A stretch of 64,000 nt of DNA, from the IMG/VR virus record IMGVR_UViG_3300021375_002698; one strand, written 5' to 3'. The notes under the pieces were generated by a model. It worked only from the letters and a program-made list of their open reading frames with translations. It ran no database searches and was not told where the DNA came from. The translations under genes and the position numbers were made by a program. The DNA comes from a virus. Within the stretch, counting starts at the first letter, position 1; every line of letters starts with the position of its first letter. Positions 38,568-49,280 of the stretch are shown piece after piece.

Positions 38568-39852
38568 GAATAACTTTTATGACTGGAAATCTTAAAGAAA
38601 ATTCTCCATTTTGATTTTGTGATTCTTCAAAGTATTGCACTGTTATTGTTTTTTCTTTAATTAAATCTTGATTTTTGTAAAAATCTTGTCTTTGCTGAAT
38701 TGTAAAACCACTTCCTACGTTTACTTTATTTCCTTTATGCTCTATGATTACAGCTGTAAGCATATCTTCTTCTATTTCTTTACCACTCTTTACGTATCTA
38801 AAAGGACCAACTGTAATATCTTTTACGATATATTCAGCGTCATGAAACTTTTTAACTTTTAAAATGTCGTTAGATCTTTTACCTTTATATAAATCATTCT
38901 TTCTTAACATAAGACCTTCCCAGCCAAGCTCTATAGCCTTGCTGTTTAATTCATCAAATTCATTCCAATTGTTTACAGGAATTTGTGATAAAAGTTTAAC
39001 ATGCGTTAAATCTATATCAGTATTGTATATAATGTTGCTTAATGCCATTGTTCTTTGAGAAAAAGTGCCAGCTTCACCATAACCCTTACTAAACATTCTG
39101 TAAGGGATATAATCAAATACTTGAAATAAACCGTTTTCAATTGTGTGGTTTTTTCTATTTATTTCTTTCATTATACTCTGGAAGTCTTCGTTATTATTAT
39201 TATCAACAATACACATTTCCCCATCATAAACTACATTTTTAAAGCCAAGAGACTCAATTTCTTTTTCTACAAAAGATAACGTATGAAATTGTTTTCCTGC
39301 TCTTGAATATGATTTTGCTTTTCCTTTTTCGTCGACTACAATAATACAGCGAACACCGTCAAGTTTTCTTGATACATACCAAACATCTTTATCTAAATCA
39401 ACTTTCTTTTTTGTTTTTTCGTCAAACTTATTTGCTAAAGCTACATTAAAAGTTGGAATTAGACTAGGAATTGCTTTGTTAATTAGCTTTACAGAAGCTC
39501 TAATCTTAAGATTTCTTTCAAGAATTAAGTAAAACAATTCTTTATAGTCTTTATTGTTTAGAATAAATCCGTTTACTTCTTCTATAGCTTTATGACCTGT
39601 AATTAATCTTTGATTTAAAGATTCAAGCAGCTCAAACATAGAACTAAATTTTGTGCTTTCATTACACAACTCTTTGTTTTTTTCTATACTTTTGCTCTTT
39701 AAGTTATATTGCAAAAAACTGTTATACGTATAATAAAGTATTTTTTTAATATCATCACTACAGCTTTTTAAAACTTTTACTTTATTATTAGAAGAAGTTG
39801 ACTTATTCATTTCTTCTAAAAAATTATTTACTTCGTTTATATTTAACAGCAT
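38545..39852 (-). CDS. lig: ATP-dependent DNA ligase
   Basis: KLDGVR, YDGE, FDYI, EGLMLR, ILKVK, LRFP. Confidence 0.95.
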   Translation of the reverse strand: MLLNINEVNNFLEEMNKSTSSNNKVKVLKSCSDDIKKILYYTYNSFLQYNLKSKSIEKNKELCNESTKFSSMFELLESLNQRLITGHKAIEEVNGFILNNKDYKELFYLILERNLKIRASVKLINKAIPSLIPTFNVALANKFDEKTKKKVDLDKDVWYVSRKLDGVRCIIVVDEKGKAKSYSRAGKQFHTLSFVEKEIESLGFKNVVYDGEMCIVDNNNNEDFQSIMKEINRKNHTIENGLFQVFDYIPYRMFSKGYGEAGTFSQRTMALSNIIYNTDIDLTHVKLLSQIPVNNWNEFDELNSKAIELGWEGLMLRKNDLYKGKRSNDILKVKKFHDAEYIVKDITVGPFRYVKSGKEIEEDMLTAVIIEHKGNKVNVGSGFTIQQRQDFYKNQDLIKEKTITVQYFEESQNQNGEFSLRFPVIKVIHGNKREV

Positions 39853-40100
39853 TCTTCTTCTTCGTACAAATCGGTTTGAGCTGATATTGCAACAGCTTCT
39901 AGAAATTCTCTTGCATAGAAAGAAAGTCTTTTATCAGAAAACTTATAGTCTTTCAATACTTTATTAACTCTTCTAATTGCATCTTCAGGGGAAGATGACT
40001 CAAAAACATAACCTACATTTTTTACGTCATAGTCTCTTAGCCCATGTTTGTCTAACGTAAATCTATATCTATATCTTTTTAACATTTTTTTCCTTATCAA
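39843..40100 (-). CDS. Hypothetical protein
   Basis: ORF in operon. Confidence 0.6.
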   Translation of the reverse strand: MIRKKMLKRYRYRFTLDKHGLRDYDVKNVGYVFESSSPEDAIRRVNKVLKDYKFSDKRLSFYAREFLEAVAISAQTDLYEEEECC

Positions 40101-40284
40101 ATTGTATATCTTTTAGCAGCATTTTCAGCTGATTGGTTAGAGTTAAAGTTGCCAATAAATGTCCATCCTTTTGACCACTTATTAACAGCTTGATGATATA
40201 ACTTAAAATTATCATTTTCTTTTATTATTTTAAATGTTTCTTGTTTAAAATTATATAACATTGTTTTACCTTTTACAAAATTTA

Positions 40285-41562
40285 TTATTTCATGTTTATT
40301 AAAATATCATTGCTGTCATGTTTAAAGCCTAGTTTATTTCCAGGAATTATTAACCAACATCTCTTAACTCCAGTTGATATTTTAGGTTTTGCTGCACAGC
40401 CGTCAGTAAAGATTATATACCCATCAAACTTTTTTCTATTTTTAATAGCATGTTTTGTAACGCAATCAAAACAAGTTCCACCGCAATAACCTCTATCTAA
40501 AGTTACACGTTTACCTTTTTTCCAAAGAAAGCCAAGCTTTTCATTAACTACAGTATCAAACTTGTAAACATAAAAGTCTGTTTTCTTACTTAATGTTTCT
40601 AACTCTGAGTAAAATTTATACAGAACATCATCAGACATAGATCCACTTTCATCAATGTATATAGAAATTGAAGGTCTATAAGACTTTTTAATTCCAGGAT
40701 GAATGCCGGGATATTTCCTGTTCATTCTTTTGTTTGATGAAACTCTTTCGTTTTTTCTTGTAAACCCACAAAATCTTTTTAGAATATCTTCCCATTTTAT
40801 CTTTCTAGATATGAGCTTGTTAAATTCTTTTTGATATTCATAAGAAATAGATCCCCAACCTTTACTCTCACCTTCTTTAACAGCTTCTTTTAATACATCT
40901 TTAATTTTTTGACCTATGATATCTTTTTCATTGTCATCTAAAATTCCCCAGCCATCATGATTATCAAAGCCAAGTTGAGTCTCTGATTCTGTCATTTCTT
41001 TTATTTTATCATCCGATATAAGCTCTTTAAAATAAAATTCTGATGTTTTGTTTACTGGTAAGCTACGAAGTTTATTAGACATATATCTGTAATTTTCTAT
41101 AGCTTCTTTACTCATTTTACTCATATCTTCATTTGTAAGAGGAGTAAGTCTTTTTCCGGGTATTAAACCACCGTCAGGAAGCTCTTCAGCGGGAATAATA
41201 GAATTTATTGCAAGATCAGCTGCATAATTCCATATCATATGAGGTTCTTTTTTTCTTTCTGTAGTATGCTTAAATACTAGATGAAGACACTCATGTTTTA
41301 ATAATCCAATAACTTTTTTAGGTTCTAAACTAGATAAAAAATTTCTATTCCACCATAATGTTAGTTCTCCATCTTGACATAATACTCCTGCTGTTGGTAT
41401 TAACTTAGTTTCAACTTTATTAAGACTTCTTAAAATCCTACTGTAAAAAGGTTCTTCCATTAATAAGTTTAAAAGATGCTTTGAAAGCTTAAAACTTTCT
41501 AACTCTTCTTTAGTCGCTTCTCTTTTTATTTTAATAATATCATTTGAAGTTGAATTTTTCAT
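40285..41562 (-). CDS. HEXXH metallopeptidase-like plus VWA-like domain protein (DUF2201 type)
   Basis: HECLH, WNYAADLAIN, IDESGSM, GGT, IFTDG. Confidence 0.85.
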   Translation of the reverse strand: MKNSTSNDIIKIKREATKEELESFKLSKHLLNLLMEEPFYSRILRSLNKVETKLIPTAGVLCQDGELTLWWNRNFLSSLEPKKVIGLLKHECLHLVFKHTTERKKEPHMIWNYAADLAINSIIPAEELPDGGLIPGKRLTPLTNEDMSKMSKEAIENYRYMSNKLRSLPVNKTSEFYFKELISDDKIKEMTESETQLGFDNHDGWGILDDNEKDIIGQKIKDVLKEAVKEGESKGWGSISYEYQKEFNKLISRKIKWEDILKRFCGFTRKNERVSSNKRMNRKYPGIHPGIKKSYRPSISIYIDESGSMSDDVLYKFYSELETLSKKTDFYVYKFDTVVNEKLGFLWKKGKRVTLDRGYCGGTCFDCVTKHAIKNRKKFDGYIIFTDGCAAKPKISTGVKRCWLIIPGNKLGFKHDSNDILINMK

Positions 41563-41619
41563 TGTATGCCTCCTGATTTATTATATAATTTCATTAATAT
41601 AAATTACACATATGAAATA

Positions 41620-42711
41620 CTAAGCTTCTGAGCTTATTAAATCTTTATTTTCAGTAATTATTTCAATTAGCTTTTTACCTATATGATGATGAAAATTTTG
41701 AATATTTTCTATATTTCTTCCTTTTGAAATACATGACCAAAGATGAACTGTCATTTCATCAGAAATAATATTAGACAACATTGATACGTTTTTTGCTTGA
41801 GATAAGTCCCACTTATTGTCAGCTGAGTGTTCTCCTAATCTTTCAATTAGAGAGTTTATTTTATCATTAGACATTTTTACTATTTTTGTTCTACACATTT
41901 CAAAGCTCTTCAAAAGATCTTCAGGCTTAACAGAAATTTCAAATTTCGAAACATAATCAACGAATTCAATTGAAGTTTCTTTCCCTAAGAAACCTTGAGA
42001 AAGAGAATATAACATTGATATATTCTCTTTACTCTTATCTTCTAAGTCTATATTACTATATTTTATTGATTCATCAAGTCTTGTCCAAGATGCAGGAGTT
42101 GGAAAAACATTACCCGGTTGGATTTTAGTAAGATCTGGCGATAAGTTTGATTTCCTAGTTTTAAGAAAGCTAATAATTATACTACTGATTTTACTTTTAT
42201 TCGCCCACTCTTCCCAATCATCAAAATTTGATTCTAAGTCTATAGTCCAAAACCTTCTTAACAATGCAGGATCCATTTCATTAACATCATATTCAGCTCC
42301 ATGATTAACAGCAGCAAATATTCTAGTGTTTGGATGGATATTATATGGTCTACCTTCTTCATCATTGCCTAGCTGTCTATCGAGAACAATTTGAAAAAAT
42401 GATTGTTGGACTGCAGGCAATGATCTATTTAACTCGTCTAAGAAAAGAATAACAGGCTCGTTACAAGCTCTAACAAACCAAGAAGGCATACAAAAAGTCA
42501 TAATACCTTTTTTCTTCATCCCTTCAATATCTGGATACCCTAGATCACCTTCAGACATTGTTGATCCTCTTACATCAATTAAAGGTAAGTTTACTTCTTC
42601 AGCTATCTGGCCAACTATAGCAGACTTACCAACCCCAGTTTGTGCTCTTATTAATATAGCTATATGCGGTGGCAAGCTAGATGAAATTTCTTTAAAAGTT
42701 TTAATATTCAT
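41620..42711 (-). CDS. MoxR-like AAA+ ATPase
   Basis: GVGKS, LFLDELNR, MDPALLRRF. Confidence 0.9.
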   Translation of the reverse strand: MNIKTFKEISSSLPPHIAILIRAQTGVGKSAIVGQIAEEVNLPLIDVRGSTMSEGDLGYPDIEGMKKKGIMTFCMPSWFVRACNEPVILFLDELNRSLPAVQQSFFQIVLDRQLGNDEEGRPYNIHPNTRIFAAVNHGAEYDVNEMDPALLRRFWTIDLESNFDDWEEWANKSKISSIIISFLKTRKSNLSPDLTKIQPGNVFPTPASWTRLDESIKYSNIDLEDKSKENISMLYSLSQGFLGKETSIEFVDYVSKFEISVKPEDLLKSFEMCRTKIVKMSNDKINSLIERLGEHSADNKWDLSQAKNVSMLSNIISDEMTVHLWSCISKGRNIENIQNFHHHIGKKLIEIITENKDLISSEA

Positions 42712-42781
42712 TATTATTACCTTGTTTGTTTAATTAATTATAATATATTATATTGCTTGTTTGAATGAAATTACACAATTA

Positions 42782-43117
42782 TTATTTAAGCGTATATTGT
42801 GTAATTATTATTAACACACTTAGCAGCGTGCATATAAAGTTTTTAAAAGTTACAGGGCTTTCATTTAAAAATACATAAGATAAAACAGGAAAAATAAGGT
42901 AAGAAAAGCCAAAAAAAATAAATCTTGTTGACCAAACAGAACCAAACTTATCCGTAAAATACGTCCAAGATAATAAGTAAAAGTATCCAATAGGTATTGA
43001 AAATACTAATGCTGAAAGTATTTCTTTACCTTTCCACCATGGAATTATATATTGTAAGTTTTGTTGAAAAAAAGCGAATATAGATCCTAGTATGTATAAC
43101 AATAGAGCATGTATCAT
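42782..43117 (-). CDS. Small 4-TM membrane protein (SMR/DMT-like)
   Basis: Four hydrophobic segments; FLNE. Confidence 0.65.
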   Translation of the reverse strand: MIHALLLYILGSIFAFFQQNLQYIIPWWKGKEILSALVFSIPIGYFYLLSWTYFTDKFGSVWSTRFIFFGFSYLIFPVLSYVFLNESPVTFKNFICTLLSVLIIITQYTLK

Positions 43118-43870
43118 CTACTTAGATGATCCAACTCTTGCAACTTCTACAAAACCTCTAGAGCTTAAGTCCATAAAAAAAGTCCAGCCTGCGCCACCGA
43201 ATCTGTTCTTTACAGTTTCTAGAACTCTGTAACCTTTAAAGTCTTCATCTTTTTTCTCTATAGACAAATGAAGCATTGCGTCTACAATATGCTTTAGTTT
43301 TTGAGATCCCGCCATATTTCCACTTTTATTTACTTGACCTATAACAATAACGTTAACGTAGTTATCTTTAGCATAATTAGTCAACATCTGCAATGATCTT
43401 ACTGCGCTTTGATTGTTTACATGCTCTTCGCCATATTTACCATCATTAAGTGTCTGTAAAGAGTCAACTATCAAAAAGAATTGTTTATCAGGATAAACTG
43501 ATCTTAACTTTGAACATTGACTTAGCAGTTTTGGAACGTATGACTCTTGACCTGCAACAAATCCGTACATAAGCTCTAGTCTTTCACATGTCATTTTTAC
43601 TTGATACAAGCTTTCTTCTGCTGTGTTAAAAAGACACGCATGACCTTGTCCCGTTAAGGCATTTGCAAGTTCTAACATTAATGTAGTTTTTCCTGCGCCT
43701 GGTTCTCCTGTAAATAAGGTCATTGTAGATGGAGTAAATCCTTCTCCACCAAACGCATCATCTATGTACTTAATGCCGCATTTATACCTTTCTCTTAATT
43801 TTTTAGGTACTGTAAGATCAAGAATATTACACCCAAAGTTAATATCGTCTCTTTTTATGTTAAGCTTCAT
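43118..43870 (-). CDS. RadA/Sms-like RecA-fold ATPase (core domain only)
   Basis: GEPGAGKTT, AEES, IVDSLQT, KNRFG. Confidence 0.85.
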   Translation of the reverse strand: MKLNIKRDDINFGCNILDLTVPKKLRERYKCGIKYIDDAFGGEGFTPSTMTLFTGEPGAGKTTLMLELANALTGQGHACLFNTAEESLYQVKMTCERLELMYGFVAGQESYVPKLLSQCSKLRSVYPDKQFFLIVDSLQTLNDGKYGEEHVNNQSAVRSLQMLTNYAKDNYVNVIVIGQVNKSGNMAGSQKLKHIVDAMLHLSIEKKDEDFKGYRVLETVKNRFGGAGWTFFMDLSSRGFVEVARVGSSK

Positions 43871-43974
43871 GAGCAATCCTTAGCTTTTTTTTAAATAATT
43901 TACTTGATTATTATAAGTTAATTGTAATAAAAATTACACATTATAGAGTTTACTATTTATTTGCAAAAAGCTTG

Positions 43975-44289
43975 TTAAAGCTTCTTTAGTCTACATCCTT
44001 CAAAAGTTGAAGCTATATTTTCTACAAAAACTAAGTAACAGTCTTTTTGTACTTTTCTACTAGAGTATGTATCATAAGAATCAATAATTAGTCCAATCTT
44101 TCCAGAATGTTTAATATAAACTAGTTCATTTACTATAAAGTTATATTTATGTATTATAGACTTTTTACTAAAATTTTCGTTCTTTATTGCTTTCTTTGAC
44201 TCAGACTTAGTTTTTTTTCTTAATGACTTCAGTCTAGATTGACCTATCTTTTCTTTTACTTCTAACAAATCTTTCTTGCTGTATGACAT
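43975..44289 (-). CDS. SH3-like protein
   Basis: AGGAG SD. Confidence 0.65.
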   Translation of the reverse strand: MSYSKKDLLEVKEKIGQSRLKSLRKKTKSESKKAIKNENFSKKSIIHKYNFIVNELVYIKHSGKIGLIIDSYDTYSSRKVQKDCYLVFVENIASTFEGCRLKKL

Positions 44290-44341
44290 AAAATCTTCTC
44301 CTGCATATAAGTGTAACTATGGATTTTTTTGTATACGTTTT

Positions 44342-44815
44342 CTAACTAGTTCTAATAATATCAATATTTATCTTGTTTTTATAAACTTCTTTTAGTCCAA
44401 ACTTAACATAAGACATTATACAATTAGTTTTTATTTTATTGTAAACTTCTAAATCTATGTCATGCATCAAAGTGTAAGAAAGATTTTTACCTAAGCTCCA
44501 AGCTAGTATCTCTTCATTGAGCACAGATATAAAGTCTTTTTTAGTTTTTATTAGATCTTGATTAGAATTTTGCATTTTCAAGCTTTTTATTGATAAGCTT
44601 TCCATATCTAGCCTTGCATGTCCAGATTCATGTATTAATGAAAAATATCTTTCTCGCCATTGATTGTTTTTGTTAATAATAATCTTTCTTAACGCTGGAA
44701 ACCAATAATCGCCATCAGTATCATAAGATAGCGATACGTCTATTTCAAAATTGTCTTCTAAGTATTTTGATACTTCATAAAAATATTTTTTGTATTCACT
44801 CATTAAATTTATCAC
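44342..44815 (-). CDS. HEXXH metallopeptidase (ImmA/IrrE-like)
   Basis: LIHESGH ... EEILAW. Confidence 0.7.
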   Translation of the reverse strand: MINLMSEYKKYFYEVSKYLEDNFEIDVSLSYDTDGDYWFPALRKIIINKNNQWRERYFSLIHESGHARLDMESLSIKSLKMQNSNQDLIKTKKDFISVLNEEILAWSLGKNLSYTLMHDIDLEVYNKIKTNCIMSYVKFGLKEVYKNKINIDIIRTS

Positions 44816-44857
44816 CTTTCACAGTGATTATAAAATTAAAAAATTAAATTTTACACA

Positions 44858-45496
44858 TTAAAGATATTTCTTTAAAATATTTACAACTTTGTTTTTAACT
44901 CTGTAAATAAATAAAGCATTCTTAACTTTAATTGGTTTGTTGTTTTGTTTACATGATAATTTTGAAAAGTTAAAGTAATTAATCCAAAAGTCAACTCTTT
45001 TTTTATACCAAGTATTACATCTACCATAAAAGCCACTATTATGATGACATGCATGAAGATCTTTCTTATCCATCATTTTCAGTAACCTTTTCATAGTATT
45101 TACTGAGTACTTTACTTTTCTTAATTTGTTACATTCACTTTGAATTTGTTTTTGAAATTTATTTTCTTTCCAGTTTCTAAACCCACCTTTTCTTCTAAAC
45201 AGTGGATAACTATATCTTGCATGAATTTGAAATGTTCCACATGCCTTGCCTCTATCTCCTGTCCTTACATTAGGTCTAAGTCTGGATTCAATCCAACTTA
45301 TTGCTAATATTCTTGAGTCTACGTCATTATCCTTCCACGAATGTTTTAAAATGCTTTCAAGTCTTTTTCTTTTCTCTGGATACGCTTTTATAATTTTCCA
45401 TTCTTTTTTTGACTTTTTAATTTCAGTCCCAGATGCTTTTGTCATAGCATCAACCATACAATTAAAACTCAGAGCATATAATAAAATATAATACAT
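44858..45496 (-). CDS. Lytic transglycosylase/lysozyme-like protein
   Basis: IESR, GD.G.ACGTFQI, HNSG; hydrophobic N-terminus. Confidence 0.7.
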   Translation of the reverse strand: MYYILLYALSFNCMVDAMTKASGTEIKKSKKEWKIIKAYPEKRKRLESILKHSWKDNDVDSRILAISWIESRLRPNVRTGDRGKACGTFQIHARYSYPLFRRKGGFRNWKENKFQKQIQSECNKLRKVKYSVNTMKRLLKMMDKKDLHACHHNSGFYGRCNTWYKKRVDFWINYFNFSKLSCKQNNKPIKVKNALFIYRVKNKVVNILKKYL

Positions 45497-45505
45497 AATC
45501 TCTCC

Positions 45506-45718
45506 TTAGTCGTAAATTCTCATCAAATCACCAGATGGGTATGATACTCTTTCTAAAGAGCCGTCAGATTTCTTGTACTCTAACACAATGTAAACTCTCG
45601 CATCAGTAGTGCCACCAATTGTCATTTGATTATTCTTTGTTGTATTAATCTCTACAACAGTTCCCACTCTATTCATAGACATAAAGTGCGCTGCTTTAAA
45701 ACCTTTTTTAAACATAAA
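45506..45718 (-). CDS. Small SH3-like protein (start revised)
   Basis: GAGGAG SD; promoter 45772. Confidence 0.65.
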   Translation of the reverse strand, partial: FMFKKGFKAAHFMSMNRVGTVVEINTTKNNQMTIGGTTDARVYIVLEYKKSDGSLERVSYPSGDLMRIYD

Positions 45719-45779
45719 ATGCTCCTCAATATTTGTATTAAACACTTAATTATAAAAAATAATACAAATATTTACACAA

Positions 45780-46238
45780 CTATTTGCCTAAATCACCCAT
45801 CATGCTAGGATCTAATGCTTTGTGCTCTCCCGCTTCACCAGACTTTGCCTCTCTAACAATCCTATATGAACAACCGCTGCTTTTTAATGATTTGTTAAAG
45901 TGTTTAACAATTATATCTTCACCTGGGTTTATATTCAACTCTTTGCTATTTAAAAACTCCATAAAATCTTCTATAGCATTCATAAAGCCAGGAATTTCAG
46001 ACTGCCAATCTGATTTTTTAATTTGATTACGTATGCCGCGACCTGTATCTATCATATCAAATATATTTAATACAGCTTCTCCATAAGGTATTGCGCTTAA
46101 TCCTAAACGAGCTGCCTGTGATATTGATCCTTTAACACTTTTGTCAACATATCTAGATGTATAATCATCAGGATTTACTTGTGACTCGTTTAGCACTTCT
46201 CTTACAAGTTCTCTAATTTCCGATTCTGTTACTCTCAT
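45780..46238 (-). CDS. Protein with MRVTESEIRELVREVLNES leader (start revised)
   Basis: AAGGAG SD; leader motif. Confidence 0.75.
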   Translation of the reverse strand: MRVTESEIRELVREVLNESQVNPDDYTSRYVDKSVKGSISQAARLGLSAIPYGEAVLNIFDMIDTGRGIRNQIKKSDWQSEIPGFMNAIEDFMEFLNSKELNINPGEDIIVKHFNKSLKSSGCSYRIVREAKSGEAGEHKALDPSMMGDLGK

Positions 46239-46735
46239 AGTCCACACTCCTTCATGGCGTTGATAACATTGATAATTGATTGCAATGCTGATGTTTGACA
46301 TGTTGCACCAGTTGCTGATAATATTGGTTGCAAAACTTGCTGAATAGACTCAGGGTCTGACATATAATAACTTCCACATGCATGATAAGAATTCTGGCAA
46401 GGTACACTATTAACTGAATTGTCTGAATACTCTCTGTACTTATCAAGAGTTTCAGGATAAGCAGCATGATAATCAATATGATCTGCATATTCTTGTGTTG
46501 TTACAGTACCGTCATTGTCTACATCAAAGTGATTATATAATTCATCTTTACTTACAATACCGCTATCATCTGTTTGCAGTGGTTCATGATCATCATATGT
46601 GTTTTCAATATAACTATTACATTCACAAGGATCACATTTACAATCACAGCATAGCTCGTAATTTTCTTTAATAATAGTATTTAAAAAATTTCTAGTTAAA
46701 CGTCTTTCATCTATTTTGTTTATTTTATTCATCAT
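46235..46735 (-). CDS. EF-hand, Cys-rich protein
   Basis: DVDNDGTVTTQE; CCDCKCDPCEC. Confidence 0.7.
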   Translation of the reverse strand: MMNKINKIDERRLTRNFLNTIIKENYELCCDCKCDPCECNSYIENTYDDHEPLQTDDSGIVSKDELYNHFDVDNDGTVTTQEYADHIDYHAAYPETLDKYREYSDNSVNSVPCQNSYHACGSYYMSDPESIQQVLQPILSATGATCQTSALQSIINVINAMKECGL

Positions 46736-46781
46736 ATAAATCTTTCTGTATATGATATAAATATATCTTTATAGTGAAAGT

Positions 46782-47933
46782 TTATTTTTTGTTTTGTGCT
46801 TGATCATGTGATTCTTTCCTTGAGATTCCATTTTTAATCATTTTATTCATTTCAAACTGTGAATTTACTTTATGCGTGTATTTATCACAATTGTCTTTAG
46901 CATTTTCTGGAAAACACTGTAAATTTTCAATAACTTCATTTAACTTTTTAAGTGTATAACATGCTATATGTGCTGAATCTTTGAAAATAATTCTTTCGCT
47001 AGAAGAATGTGATATATCTCTTTCTAGCAATGTTAAACAATTATCTATTGCAGTTTGAAAATATGATTTATAAAGTCTTGATAAACCACAAATATTTTCA
47101 GTTAGAATTGGATTTTTCTTATGAGGCATTGAGCTAGATCCTTTTTGCCCTTTTCTAAAAGGTTCAGCCATCTCATTAATACCATCAATACTATAAATTC
47201 TTATATCATAAGCTATTTTTTCAACTGCTAATATAGTCTTTAATATTGCATAAAAATAGTCTAAGTAAACGTCTCTAGAAACAATTTGAGATGATCTTAT
47301 AGGCTTTAGTCCTAATGATTGTAATGCATTAAATTCGTTTTGTTTTGTATTAGTTGTATAATTTCCTGACGGACCTGATAGTTTTCCATGCGAAATTGTT
47401 GATTTTACTCTTGTTATTTCATCATAAGCTCTTCTTAGCTGAAATATCCATCTACTAAATATATTTTCATAAGTCTGAATTTCAGCAGACTTGCCGTGTG
47501 TTCTAGCTAGAATGTTTGAGTCTGCATGTTTTGACTTTAAAAGTCTTGTTGTATTGTACAAAAGTATATTAAAGTAATTGTTTATTTCTTTTAAACTCTC
47601 TACACACATTAAACTTAAAGATGTATCAAGAACGTCTGAAGATGTTAATCCATAATGTAGCCATCTACCACTATTATCAGGAATTGATTCTTCCAACATT
47701 TGAACAAAAGCTTGTAGATCGTGTCTAGTTTCTGTCTCTATTTCTTTCCATCTATCAACATCTATTTTAACGTTTTCTTTGATTGTTAAAAACTCTTCTT
47801 CAGATATTGTTTTTTCTGTAATGTTCCCGACAAGCGAAGATAAATGTGCTAATTCTACTTTGAGCCAAGTATCAAGCTTGTTTTTTGTTGACCATATATT
47901 GTTTATTTCTTTTACTTTATAGCGAGGTATCAT
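46782..47933 (-). CDS. purB: Adenylosuccinate lyase
   Basis: MIPRY, HYGLTSSD, RTHG, GSSSMPHKKNP, ERDISHSS.ER. Confidence 0.95.
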   Translation of the reverse strand: MIPRYKVKEINNIWSTKNKLDTWLKVELAHLSSLVGNITEKTISEEEFLTIKENVKIDVDRWKEIETETRHDLQAFVQMLEESIPDNSGRWLHYGLTSSDVLDTSLSLMCVESLKEINNYFNILLYNTTRLLKSKHADSNILARTHGKSAEIQTYENIFSRWIFQLRRAYDEITRVKSTISHGKLSGPSGNYTTNTKQNEFNALQSLGLKPIRSSQIVSRDVYLDYFYAILKTILAVEKIAYDIRIYSIDGINEMAEPFRKGQKGSSSMPHKKNPILTENICGLSRLYKSYFQTAIDNCLTLLERDISHSSSERIIFKDSAHIACYTLKKLNEVIENLQCFPENAKDNCDKYTHKVNSQFEMNKMIKNGISRKESHDQAQNKK

Positions 47934-48076
47934 TATTCATCCTATTACTTTTAAATTTTTCTTTGAAATTATTGCTATGTTTTTTTTCATGAGAACTTTA
48001 TAATAATCATGTGCTCCAATTTTGTCTAATATCAAGACATACTCTTGAGCATAGCGTGCATATGCTAATTTACCTT

Positions 48077-49276
48077 TTAAATTTTTACTTCCCACTTTAT
48101 TTGTCCTCTATTTGGGCCTGTTGTATAAGTTATATTTTTGATCCCAGTTTTAAATTTAATTATCTTAAGTAGGTTTACAAATGATTTATCATCTAATGAA
48201 ACGTCGTCTATCTTAGATATTTCATATAAGCCATTATCAGCGTATACGTAAGGTTTAGCTATGTTTGTAAAGACGTCTGTTTTTGTTAAGCAAATATGAG
48301 TAACACCATTTCTTCTTATCGATTCATTAACTTCATCAAGGTCGAGCCAGCCACACTTTCTCGGTCTGCCTGTTGTTGCACCAAATTCTTTTCCATGAAA
48401 CGCTAATACTTTTTCATCTTCATCATTACATCTAGACTCAAATTTTCCTGCTCCTACTTTTGTCTTGTAAGCTTTGATTACACCTATTACTTCATTTATC
48501 TGATTATGATTGAGTCCTGTTGATATCATCGCTCCCCCTACTGACGGTGATGATGAAGTTACATTAGGATAATTAGTTGATGTTATATCTAAGCCAGTGC
48601 CTTGTGCTCCTTCTAATAGGATATTTTTATTTTGCGAGTAAAGATTCTGTATTAAATTGTCATCATAACTTACGTAATCTTTTAAAAAGTTTATTGATTC
48701 ATAAAAGTTGTCTAAATAGTACCTAAAGTAAGTGTATATTTCTTTATAAACTATCGGACTTTTATTAAAAAGTCGTGTTTCAGAAGTGAATTTAAAAAAT
48801 CTATTTTCAATTTCATTATAACAAACTTTAGGGTTTTTAATTACATCTCTAATAAGCAAAGAGTCTCTTGCGTAATATGAAGAGTATGCGGGTCCTATTC
48901 CTTTTGCAGTTGTACCAATCTTACTCTGATACTTTGATCTGTCTATTAAAATATGTACTGGTTCTATAACTGGACACAGAGATGAAAGCGTGAGTCTTTT
49001 CTTTGAAACATTAAGTAATTTTATCTCTTCGTATAAATCAACAACATTTACTACGCAACCTTTTGATATTATTGATATCTTGTCTTCATTAAGTACACCT
49101 ACAGGCAAAATGTGTGTTACAAATTTTTTTCCTCTTTCATCGTATACAGTATGACCTGCATTACCACCGCCTTGAAATCTTACAATTACATTTGCCCATG
49201 TTTGACATAAATCGTCAACAATACGACCTTTACCTTCATCTCCATGTTGGAGACCTAATACTAATTTAACTGGCAT
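48077..49276 (-). CDS. purA: Adenylosuccinate synthetase (start revised)
   Basis: GDEGKG, QGGGNAGHT, GIGPAY, EGAQG, FGATTGRPR. Confidence 0.95.
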   Translation of the reverse strand: MPVKLVLGLQHGDEGKGRIVDDLCQTWANVIVRFQGGGNAGHTVYDERGKKFVTHILPVGVLNEDKISIISKGCVVNVVDLYEEIKLLNVSKKRLTLSSLCPVIEPVHILIDRSKYQSKIGTTAKGIGPAYSSYYARDSLLIRDVIKNPKVCYNEIENRFFKFTSETRLFNKSPIVYKEIYTYFRYYLDNFYESINFLKDYVSYDDNLIQNLYSQNKNILLEGAQGTGLDITSTNYPNVTSSSPSVGGAMISTGLNHNQINEVIGVIKAYKTKVGAGKFESRCNDEDEKVLAFHGKEFGATTGRPRKCGWLDLDEVNESIRRNGVTHICLTKTDVFTNIAKPYVYADNGLYEISKIDDVSLDDKSFVNLLKIIKFKTGIKNITYTTGPNRGQIKWEVKI

Positions 49277-49280
49277 AATC

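Noticed and set aside
48077-49276. PurZ (2-aminoadenine DNA pathway)
   Set aside because: It keeps the catalytic Asp motif GDEGKG and TTGRPR of canonical PurA, not the GSTGKG of PurZ
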